Made by a program: the position numbers and the translations under genes
The notes under the pieces: generated by a model
Seen by the model: the letters and a program-made list of their open reading frames with translations, nothing else
The model's database searches: none
What the model was told of the DNA's origin: nothing
Assembly (NCBI GenBank): GCA_965215185.1
Contig: OZ244034.1
Location: 2,944,001 to 3,008,000 of the forward strand
Reading direction: 5' to 3'
DNA length: 64,000 nt
Source: Acidimicrobiia bacterium
Lineage (GTDB): Bacteria; Actinomycetota; Acidimicrobiia; Spongiisociales; ZC4RG35
In this document: positions 49,278 to 58,800 of the stretch, in pieces
How positions within the stretch are numbered: the first letter of the stretch is position 1
Layout: each line of letters opens with the position of its first letter

Positions 49278-49755
49278 TCAGATGTTTAGGTAGTCTGCCC
49301 AACTGTCAATTATGGCGATCCTCTTATCGAAATGGGCGGATCTGTTGTAGGCGTCTCTTTTTTTGTGGGCTAGGACGGCTTCTGCTACTTTTTCGGTTAT
49401 GTCGTCCTGCTCCTCTGCCTAGGTCCGGAACGATGCTCTGGCCCCATGAACGTCCGCGGGGATATCGCAGTCTTCGAGGAGTTTGTGCAGGGTGCCGGAG
49501 GACATGATCCCGCCTCCGCGCGCGGGGAACACCAGTCCGGTGCGGGTGCCTGTGAGTTCGGCGGTGTCTTCGAGCACTCGTATCGCCGCTTCGGAGAGGG
49601 GCACTTCGTGCTCGCGAGAATTATTGACGTTCTCTTTGGATCCGCCAGTCGCGGTTTTCGAGGTCGATCTGGTCCCAGGTGGCTTTTTGGGATTCGCCGC
49701 TTCGGACGCAGGTGAGGGTGACGAATATGAGGGCGTTGATAGCGATGGGGGGCCT
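49278..49755 (-). pseudogene. P4-type tyrosine integrase catalytic-domain remnant
   Basis: Box I LTCVRSGE..KATWDQIDL, frameshift, EHEVPLS, HGARASFRT*AEE, VAEAVLAH, AYNRS..FDKR....WADYL. Confidence 0.85.
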
Positions 49756-50132
49756 GTCAAATCCACCGCGCCGATCTCGGTAAACACCTGTTTTGGAGAG
49801 GTCCCGTTACGGTTGTTACCCGTACCATGACCCATCGGATCACCGGACTCATAACCCAAATGATCAGTCATCTCCTCAGCCAAAGCACGTTCCAGAATCC
49901 GCTTCGTCAACTCCGCCAACACCCCATCAGGACCCAAAAGATCCACACCACCCGCAGCAGCGTCCGAAACCACCGCCTCCACTACCTCATCAGACACCAC
50001 ACCAGCGGCCCACCCCAGCCGCCTCCGTCACATCATGTTCAACAGGCATCAAAACACTCGCCTCTCCGACCAGCTCTCACACCAGCCACAGCAATTAGAG
50101 AACCTACCTCACACAGACATGTATACAGGCTC
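49756..50132 (-). mobile_element. IS256-family element, left-end fragment (N-terminal transposase)
   Basis: LLGPDGVLAELTKRILERALAEEMTDHLGY...NNRNGTSPKQV.TEIGAVDL; TIR-like GCCTGTATACATGTCTGTGTGA near 50109-50131 on minus strand. Confidence 0.82.
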
Positions 50133-50349
50133 GTCTCCCATGGGTCGAGCACAAGGGGAAGGCAACCGTAGAGCCTCAGCCGGGACCGACGCCTGCTGTC
50201 CCCCCGGCCTGCTAAGGGACAATCCGTAGGGACGCTGATTAGGAAATCCTGCCACCCTGTTGCTTTCTACATGAAGTTCGCAGTCGAGAGTTGGGCCTGG
50301 GGCCTGTCGCAAAACGAGCTGCGTTGCATCCTCCGCGAGATCAGGTGGA

Positions 50350-50696
50350 TACCCGTACCTGGCCAGTAGCCATCATCCGTATGCGCAACGACCCCCGCAC
50401 CCGCCAATACGTCCAAAAACGCCAGGCAGAAGGCAAAACCCGCCGAGAAATCATCCACTGTCTCAAACGCCACATCGCAAGAGAGATCTACCACCTAATC
50501 ACCAACCCACACCAACGGCGCCCACCTGCGCACCCAACGCCACCAAGCCCAGATCAGCCTCACCCACACCGCCCAAGCGCTCCACCCCTACCACACCCTC
50601 CTCTCACGACTCGAACGAGGCCTATACCACAACCACCAACCCACTACCAACACTGGCCTCACCCAACAACCGACTTGTAGAAAATAGGATCGTCAT
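50350..50696 (+). mobile_element. IS110-family transposase C-terminal fragment with degenerate HTH tail and right end
   Basis: IIRMRNDPRTRQYVQKRQAEGKTRREIIHCLKRHIAREIY; end resembling TTG...ATAGGA.C.TC. Confidence 0.8.
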
Positions 50697-50708
50697 AGAA
50701 GTAGCCGC

Positions 50709-52385
50709 TTAGACGATCCCTAGCGCCCGAGCCAAGAACGTGGCCATCTCCCCCCGAGTAACAGAGTTTGTAGGACAGAACCGGAGCGGATCGGTTCCAC
50801 ATCCTACCGTTATCTCAGCGGCGGCTAACGCGTCGATGTTTGCCTCAGAGTATCACCCATGAGTATCACCCCCGGTGTCGGCAAACCCAGCCGCTGGCGC
50901 CGCGTCGAGGTTGAACGCACGCACAAAGAACGTGGCCATCTCCCCCCGAGTGACAAGCTGGTCAGGACAGAACCTGAACGGTGCTCTAGCACAACCCACG
51001 GTGACCCCAAGGGAGGCTAAGCGGTCAGTGTAAGGCGCCCACCACGAACCGTTGTCCACATCCACGAACCGTGTTGCCGTCTGCGCCGTCGGGTCCTCTC
51101 GGTCCAAAACCCTTACCAGCCACACAGCCATTTCCCAGCGCTGCAGTGGCCCGTCCCCGCACAGACCGCCTTCGCAGCCCGTACCATCGAAAATGCCAGC
51201 AACGTGATCACTCAGCGCCTCTATAGCAGGCTGATGCGTACCCTCAACAGGTACCTGTTGCCCGCCGGACACCACCAGCGGCAACTCGCCCCAGCACTCT
51301 ATCGACCCGGTGCTGCGCAGCCCACAGGAATGACTCGCGCCAGCGGACACTGAAGTGAATGAACCCCCCGGCGGCGACGCCCCCCCGGACCGGATGTCAC
51401 CCCAGCACAACACCGACCCGCGACTTTGTACCCCACAGGAATAGCCTTCTCCCGCCGATACCGCCGCGAAGGAACCTGCTGGCGGCGTTGCCTCCCCGAA
51501 CTCGTCTTCACCCCAGCACACTACCGACCCGCTGGTGACCAGCCCACACGAATGCCTCGCCCCTGTGGACACTGCGGTGAATGAACCTGCTGGCGGCGTT
51601 GCCTCCCCGAACTCGTCTTCACCCCAGCACACCACCGGCCCACCACTGCTGCGCAGCCCGCACGAATGACCCTCGCCTGTGGACACTGCGGTGAAGGAAC
51701 CTGCTGGCGGCGTTGCCTCCCCGAACTCGTCTTCACCCCAGCACACCACCAGTCCGTCGCTGCGTACCCCACAGGAATGATCCGCGCCTGCGGAGACCGC
51801 ACTGAATGAACCTGCCGGCGGCGACGCCTGTCCGAAAAAGCTACTGCCCCAGCACACCACCAACCCGCTGCGCAGCCCACAGGAATGACTCAAACCGGTG
51901 GACACCGAAGTGAACGAACCCCCCGGCGGCGTCGCCTGTCTGTCATCGTTTGCACCCCAGCACACTGCCGACCAGCCGCTGCGCAGCCCACAGGAATGAT
52001 CCGCGCCTGCGGAGACCGCACTGAATGAACCTGTCGGCGGTGACGCCCGCCTGGACCCGTTGTTGCCCCAGCACTCCACTGACCCGTTGCTGCGCAGCCC
52101 ACACGAATGCTCCGCGCCTGCGGAGACCGCACTGAACCAGGGAGGCCGGATGCCGGTTTGGGAGGAGGCGTATGACCAGGTCATAATATTGGATTTTCCG
52201 CTTAACTTGGCTGCGGGCCTGCCCACACCAGGTAAGGCATCTTCCGCAGGCAAATCACCTGCATGGACTGACCCAATCCCCGCTGACATGGCCACTAACA
52301 ACAACGCCATCACCCACAGAACAGGTCGAACTCTAAAAGCCGCCACGAAATCCTGCTTACTACGAAGCAGCCCTGCGGCTACCAA
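50709..52385 (-). CDS. Secreted RCC1-like repeat protein with C-terminal SLH-like anchors; last SLH interrupted by in-frame TGA at 50853-50855
   Basis: Signal peptide; 8 x VSAG..HSCG....G.V.CWG; SLH-like RWEMAVWLVR, FCPDQLVTRGEMATF; after the TGA the same frame reads EANIDALAAAEITVGC...VTRGEMATFLARAL. Confidence 0.88.
51290..52140 (-). repeat. 8 tandem ~111-bp coding repeats (RCC1-like beta-propeller blades)
   Basis: Near-identical units, e.g. CWGEDEFGEATPPAGSF in three consecutive copies. Confidence 0.9.
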
Positions 52386-52680
52386 GAGGGATATTCCTTC
52401 TAAAAGCCGGATTTTTCACACAATGGGTGTTTCGCGTCCTGGAAGGAGACGAGGTTGGGAGGGAAGGGACCGAGATGGACGTTCTATCCGGTGCTGTCAG
52501 TGTTGGTGATGGTGATGGCGCTAATGGGCACCGTGTGGTCGCAGGGGTTCAGCATTTCATCCAACCCTCGCACTGCTGTTTCGTCGGAGGTCCGGTCCCA
52601 TACGGTTTGACCGTTATTCAATCGGTCGCATCATCGCACCAGGCGTCCTGGTTGGTCTGTTCCATTCGCCGGGATCCCTC

Positions 52681-53551
52681 TTATGGTGCGGCGCATCGGT
52701 CCGACCGTTTTTTGTCAAACGCGGAGGTGAGGTGCGCGATAGCTTCGTTTCCTCGTTTGGTGTATATGGCGAGCGTGCGCGGGTTCTGGTGTCGGCTCTT
52801 GGCCTGGAGCAGGATGGTGGAGGCTCCTTTCTCGCCGAGGTGGGTGAGTGAGGAGTGGTGGAGTGTCCACCCGCCACTTGTTTGCTTGAATAGGGTGGAG
52901 GCGCGTTCGTAGGACAGCCTTCCCTGGCTGGCGTGTGGGCATTCGTCCCCCGTGCGGGGATGACGTTGGGTCCTCGGCGTCGTCCGGCCAGGTATCGGGA
53001 GAGAAGACGCGCTGCTCCGGATGCCCAGAACACGTATTCTTTCTGGCCGCCTTTGCCGGTGATCACGGCTCGTTTGCGGGGAAGGTCCAGATCCTCCACG
53101 TTGAGTGCGAGGACTTCCCCGGCCCGAGCGGCGGTCTCGTACAGCATCCTCCACAGGGCCTTTTCTCGCAGGTCTATGTCTCTTCGTGACCAGTGTTTTT
53201 CCAGGTCTTGGTAGGGGATCGCTTTGGTCTGGTCGCGGGGTTCCGCCGGCGTACTACCAGCATCATCGGGTCGTGGTCTATCCACTTGTTGCGTTGACAG
53301 TAGGACACGAACGACTGGAGGGCGGTGATACGGGTGTTCCAGGTGGCGGGCTGCGCCGACCCCCACCGTTGCTGGAACACATCCAGGAGTCTGCGGGGGT
53401 CCAGTTGGTCCAAGCCAAGGTCCTCGACCACGGCCGATAGTGCCTGCCGATATGCCCGGCGGGTGTTAGAAGAGAGTTGCTTGTCCGAAAAGAACGCCTC
53501 GACCGCCGACCGCAATCGCGGTGTTACCCGGTAGTCCGCCAAGGCCACCAC
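52681..53551 (-). pseudogene. XerC/D-like tyrosine recombinase, frameshifted
   Basis: SNTRRAY, TWNTRITALQSF / LWRMLYETAARAGEVLALNVEDLD, GKGG / LSYERA, WTLHHS (HxLRH eroded), SRH..PRTL.IY in three frames. Confidence 0.85.
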
Positions 53552-54194
53552 CCGGGTGATGGTCCTCCAGGAAACTCGGAGCGGTTCGCCTGAGGTTTGA
53601 TGAGAGTCTTGCGGGATGCTCCCGGATCGTCATCATCGTCCGAGCAGATGGGTTCACATGCGGGGTTCCCAGTGGGCTTCCATCGGTTGCAGGTTTCCTA
53701 TGCCGATGGAGTGAGCAAAGTGTGGTGGACATCACCCCCCGATCTCTGGTGGACAGGGTGGGGAATTCGGTGATCAACTCTGGGAGCGGTATTTCAGTGA
53801 TCGCCATTACCACAACTAGCATCATTATCATGACGCCGTCACACTCGCTTCACGACAACCTCATAGCATGGGTTTCAGGCCGCGGCGCGCTACTTGAGCT
53901 CTGCGGTTTGTGAGTGGGATGTACGCAGCCGTCGCCGCGGCCCGGAGGGGGGCGGCACGGGCGAGCATGGGGTTTGTCATAAGCAGGAGGGTCCACGCCA
54001 TATCGGCGGCTGGCCCCTGTGGCGTTCGCGTAGGGCATATTCGGATCTATGCGGTGGCGCAGCAATAGCTAGCGCAGCCTCGGCTGGTTTCGGCATGCCG
54101 TCTAGGCGGAGGGAGCGTGGCCAGTGCCGACGCCTCCCCAGTTCGGTGCTTGCGAGAGAGCCTGGATGATCGCAGGCGCGGCCATGACGGAAGG

Positions 54195-54647
54195 GTGAAG
54201 GTGCACAAAGCACGCTGGCGGCGTTATGCGCGCGCCAGCGCTGTCCCATGTCAAAACCGTGGGTCCGGGAGCGGGAGCGTCTGGAGGGTGGCGGTTTGGT
54301 TGGCAGTGTTCGCTGTCTTGTTGCCGGTGTTTCCTGTCGGTGCGGTGGGTGCGCCGGGCGCGGTTGATGCGGACGAGGCGCGGTCGGGAGCGCAGGATCT
54401 GGGTGATGTGACGGAGTGGGACGAGCCTAGAGTCTTCGATGACGAGGTGGACGGCGCCGACGATTCGGTGGACTATTTCAGGTTCTCGTTGAGCGAGCCG
54501 AGGCTGGTGGTGCTGCGATTGCGCCGAATGGAGTTCGACGCCGACCTATTCGTGGAGGTCCCGTCGGGATGGGTGCTGGCATCCAGTCAGAGAACGGAAC
54601 CGCGAAAGAGTGGATCAGCGTTGGGCTGGCCGCGGGCGATTACTTAG
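54195..54647 (+). CDS. Giant surface protein, segment 1 (signal peptide + first PPC-like domain); frameshift near 54590
   Basis: WRVAVWLAVFAVLLPVFPVGAVGA signal-like; AQDLGDVT, DDSVDYFRFSL, DADLFVE. Confidence 0.7.
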   Translation: MKVHKARWRRYARASAVPCQNRGSGSGSVWRVAVWLAVFAVLLPVFPVGAVGAPGAVDADEARSGAQDLGDVTEWDEPRVFDDEVDGADDSVDYFRFSLSEPRLVVLRLRRMEFDADLFVEVPSGWVLASSQRTEPRKSGSALGWPRAIT

Positions 54648-55885
54648 TGAGGGTGGAGGCCCGGGAGCAGGGCAGCAACGCCTATCGGCTAAAGGTGGCC
54701 GCCAAGGTCGCGCCGGATGGGACGGTGTTTCATGGGAATACGGAGGGGGTTTCTGACAAGGAGTCCGAGGATGGGGAACTGGTCGACGGGTCGGTCCTGC
54801 GCTCCGCGCACGACCCGGACTCGACGCCCTCGGGAGCGACCGATTGGGGGGACGTAACGGGTTGGTCCTCGCCACGGACGTTCGATGACTCGGTGGATGG
54901 CAACGACGACGTAGTCGATTATTTCGCGTTCACATTGACCGCCACCAAGCGGATCGGGGCGGGGCTGAGCTTCATGGAGCTCAATGCCGACATTTTCCTG
55001 AAAGACTCGTTCGGCACGGTGCTGGCGTCGGGCAGGAACCGCGACAACCGCCGGGAGCGGCTGAACACGGAACTCGGACCGGGCGACTATCTGCTTCGAG
55101 TGCAAGCGCAGCAGGGCGGTCTCAACACATATGAGATCTTCTTGCAGACCGCCAAACCCGACAGTGTCACTGCGGGATTCGACACCTCTGCGGTGGTCAG
55201 GGTGGGCGCCTGCTTCGAGGGAGCCGACGGCGCGAACATTTTACCGGAGTGGGACATCGACTGGGTGAGGGTCGAGCTCACCGCGGGCGAGGTCTATGTG
55301 TTGGAGGTGCGGGGCCGCGACTCTGGATCGGGCGCTCTAGTCGACCCTGAGTTGAAAGCGGTGTATGTGGATCCGTCGGACGCGGCGGTGTTCGACACGT
55401 ACGACCAAGCGGGCCGGAGTGCCTCCGATGGACTGATCCTTGACAACGGCTTGTCATCCGAGGACCTGGACCAAGACGGATCACCCGACATATTGGACAT
55501 GTACCCGAACCTTCCCGGTCCAGTGGGGTCGCCCGATCCCATCTGGGAGAAACCGGTTCTGTCGTTTACCGAAGCATATGACCTTGACGACGGTCTTGGC
55601 CAGGATGCGTGGCTGCTGTTCCGCGCTGAGCAGACCGGATCGCACTATCTCGTGGTCGAGTCCCAGGGCGGATTCTGGGGCACCTACACCGTGGCCGCGG
55701 CCGAAGCAGCCGACGCGCCGGCGGTGTGCGGGAATGAGCCGCCGAGGCTGGAGAGCCCGGCCACAGGAGCAACAGTGGTTGAGAACACGCGGCCGGTGTG
55801 GTTGTTGAGGGTGGTCGACGGCGACGGTCAGGACGCTGTTGTTGATGTGCGTTTGGCGGGGTTCGTCCCCGGCGGGGTTCTTTGA
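54590..55885 (+). CDS. Giant surface protein, segment 2 (PPC-like domains, start of a cadherin-like domain); frameshift near 55860
   Basis: LAAGDYLVRVEA, DDVVDYFAFTL, LGPGDYLLRV, DIDWVRVEL, NEPPRL...VVEN. Confidence 0.75.
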   Translation, partial: ENGTAKEWISVGLAAGDYLVRVEAREQGSNAYRLKVAAKVAPDGTVFHGNTEGVSDKESEDGELVDGSVLRSAHDPDSTPSGATDWGDVTGWSSPRTFDDSVDGNDDVVDYFAFTLTATKRIGAGLSFMELNADIFLKDSFGTVLASGRNRDNRRERLNTELGPGDYLLRVQAQQGGLNTYEIFLQTAKPDSVTAGFDTSAVVRVGACFEGADGANILPEWDIDWVRVELTAGEVYVLEVRGRDSGSGALVDPELKAVYVDPSDAAVFDTYDQAGRSASDGLILDNGLSSEDLDQDGSPDILDMYPNLPGPVGSPDPIWEKPVLSFTEAYDLDDGLGQDAWLLFRAEQTGSHYLVVESQGGFWGTYTVAAAEAADAPAVCGNEPPRLESPATGATVVENTRPVWLLRVVDGDGQDAVVDVRLAGFVPGGVL

Positions 55886-58800
55886 GGTGTCTGGCAGCCT
55901 GGCGAGCGGCGATCTGCGACTGGTGACGACTGCTGCGCTTGACCATGAGGCCGGCGGCGCCAACTCCGGCGTCTACGAAGCCGAGTTGGTGATGATCAGC
56001 GGGGTCGGCGACCGAGAGCGCACTGCGAGACAGCGGTGGACGGTCATCGCGGGAGATGTTGACGAGCCACCGACCTTGGTGCAAGGTCTGCGCGCCGCAG
56101 CCATGTCGCACACCACCGCGACGCTGCAATGGGGCGCTTCGTCGTGCGACTCGGCGACCACTTGCCCGTCGATCGGCTATGAAATCTATCGGCTCGACGG
56201 GACGGAGTGGATTCTCCTTGACCGTGTTGACGCGCTGTCTTATACGGCTGTGGGTCTCGAACCAGAGACCACCTACCAGTTCCGGGTCGACGCGAACAAC
56301 GATGAAGGCACCGCTGCTGGTGCTGTGTTTAGTGTCACTACTGACGACCCGCCGCCGGACTGCGCGGGTGACATCATCACAGCGTGCACCGTGGCGGTGG
56401 ACGCCACGGCGTCGGAATCGGTCACCGAGGCCGGCGACGCCGACTGGTACGCGGTCACGCTGGGGGTGGCGCGCCTGTATCGGTTCGAGGTGTCTGGCAG
56501 GGGCAGCGATGCGCTAGAGGACCCGTTTGTGAAGCTCTATGACGACACCGGCGCCGCGGTGGCTGCGGGCGGCGTTGTCGTGGAGGACGCGGAGACCACC
56601 GGCGACGGCACCGCGGAGGTTGATTTCCGGTCGGGTATGACGGGCGAGTATTTCTTGGAGGCGGCAGCTTCTGATGGGGTCGGCACCGGCTACTACACGC
56701 TCTCGGTGGTCGATCTGACGCCGGCGTCGATGTCTGAGGGTGTCAATGATCTCCCCGAGTCGCCTTTCACGCCTGGACGGGTCGAACCTGACGGTGGGGA
56801 GGTGACTGGCGATGTGGGCACGGTCGGCGATGTGGACTGGTTCGCGGTCGATCTGGGGTCGGGCCGCACCTACCGCGTGAGCGTGGTAGGCGGGACCGGC
56901 ACCGGGGAGTTGGCTGATCCGGCGTTCAAACTTCTCGATGATGCTGGTGCGGAGCTGTCGCCTGCGGTGGGCGACACCGACGACGACGGTGATGGCACGG
57001 CCGTCACCGTGTTCACTCCCGCGGTGGCGGGCACGTATTTCGTTGCGGTGTTAGAGGACGGCGATGACGGCACTGGCGCGTACACGGTGATGGTGCAGGA
57101 GTTGGACTGCGCGGGGGATGCCACCACGGGCTGTGTTGTGGAGGTGGGCGGTTCCAAGGTGGGCGGGATCGGCGATGCGGGGGACGTGGATTGGTATCGG
57201 GTCGCTGTGGGGGCGGGCACTGATTATGAGATCAGTGTTGTGGGCGGGTCCGGCGTGGGGGTTCTGGCCGATCCGGTTGTGAGGGTCTATGACGCTACGG
57301 GCGTCACGGTGGTCGTGCAGGACAGCGACACCGACGGTGACGGCACTGCCAGCGTCGCTGTCGCGCCCACCGAGGCTGGCACCTATTTCGTTGCGGTGTT
57401 AGAGGACGGCGATGACGCCACTGGTGTTTACACGGTGATGGTGGCGGTCACCAACAGCCCACCGAAGTTCCTCGATCCGTACGCGACGGTCTTGCCGCTC
57501 GGGGAGCGGTTGGATGTGTCCTTGATGGAGAACACCGAACTTGCGCTGGACATTGACGTTTTCGACGCTGATGAGGCCGACTCGGTGTCGGGGTACAGCA
57601 TCGTCGGCGGCGCTGATGAGAGCCTGTTCGAGATCGATGCCGGCAACGACGATGCGTTGACGTTGACGGTCGTTGTGGATTTCGAGATGCCCGTGGACAG
57701 CGGCACGGACAATGTCTATGAGGTGGAGTTGCAGGCCACCAGCGGGGCGGGTGCCCGGCAGAAGACCGCGACGGTGCTGGTCGCGGTGACCGTGACCGAC
57801 GACGATTCCGAGGCTCCGGGACAGTTCATGCCGCAGGTGATCGACGAGAGGGTCGACAGCGTGTCCGTCAAGTGGACCACGCCGCAGACGACGGGCCCTC
57901 CCATTACCGGCTATCAGATCCTGCGCCGTCCGCTGCCCAATGGTGAGTGGTCGAACTTGCCTGAGGCGGCTCCGTCGGTCCTTGAGGGTGTCGTCGACGG
58001 TCTGGACTCCGGCGCCGCTTATGAGATTGCGGTGGAGGCTCAAAGTGATGAGGGCGAGAGCTTGTCGGACTCGGTGATTGCCTACACCGATGAGTGTGCT
58101 GCTTCGGCGGTCGGGTCGTGCCCGCTCGCTGTCGGTAGCCCGGTCACGGCGCGCATCAACATCTTCAACGTCGGCGTTGACGCGGACTGGTTCGTGGTCG
58201 AGCTTGAAGCGACCACGCCCTATCGCATTGAGGTCAAGGGCAGCGAGCCTGCTGACCCTGGCGGCACCGTGAGTGATCCTGCCACTCTTGCTGATCCGGC
58301 TTTGAGGGTGTTCAACGCGGGTGGTGTCGCAGTGGCTGACGCGTTCGACGCTGACGGCGGCGAGGGCCAGAACTCTGTGCTGGCGTTCACCGCGCCGCAG
58401 ACCGGTATCTATTACGTCGAGGTACGCGAGGACGGCGACGACGCCACGGGCAGTTACACCGTTGCGGTCGGCACTGACGATACGTGCGGGGCCAGCACCG
58501 CGACAGCGTGTACGGTCGCGGTTGACGGGACCGCGGCGGGTACCGCCGAGTCCGGCAGCGACGTGGACTGGTACTCGGTCGGCCTTGACCCCGACGTCGC
58601 CTATGTGTTGTATGTCGCTTCGCGCAGCGAGAACTCTGACGGCTTGGGAGATCCGTTGCTGGTGGGCGTGTTCAACGCGGAGGGGGTGCTGATTGGCGGC
58701 ACTGCTGATTCTGACTCTGGCGCGGGGCAGGACAGCTACAAGCTGTTGACCCCCGACACCGCGGCGACGTACTACGTGGCGGTCGGGTCCGACAGCGGCC

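Noticed and set aside
49419-50000. Apparent novel transposase-integrase fusion protein
   Set aside because: Chance in-frame join of an IS256 fragment, an out-of-frame integrase stretch and a stop-interrupted integrase tail
50133-50340. Possible IS110 bridge-RNA or riboswitch region
   Set aside because: It abuts only a truncated C-terminal transposase fragment and I recognise no consensus; cannot be supported without a covariance search
50853-50855. Selenocysteine or recoded TGA in the SLH domain (also the TGA in the M23 gene)
   Set aside because: Explained by a local duplication and a CGA->TGA change; the positions are not Cys-equivalent and other genes use TGA as stop
51290-52140. Possible CRISPR array or DGR template/variable repeats
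   Set aside because: Repeats are in-frame coding units with no unique spacers; no cas or reverse transcriptase gene; variation is not adenine-specific
53560-54190. Short ORFs and possible recombination site upstream of the giant gene
   Set aside because: No motif or clear inverted repeat could be established by eye
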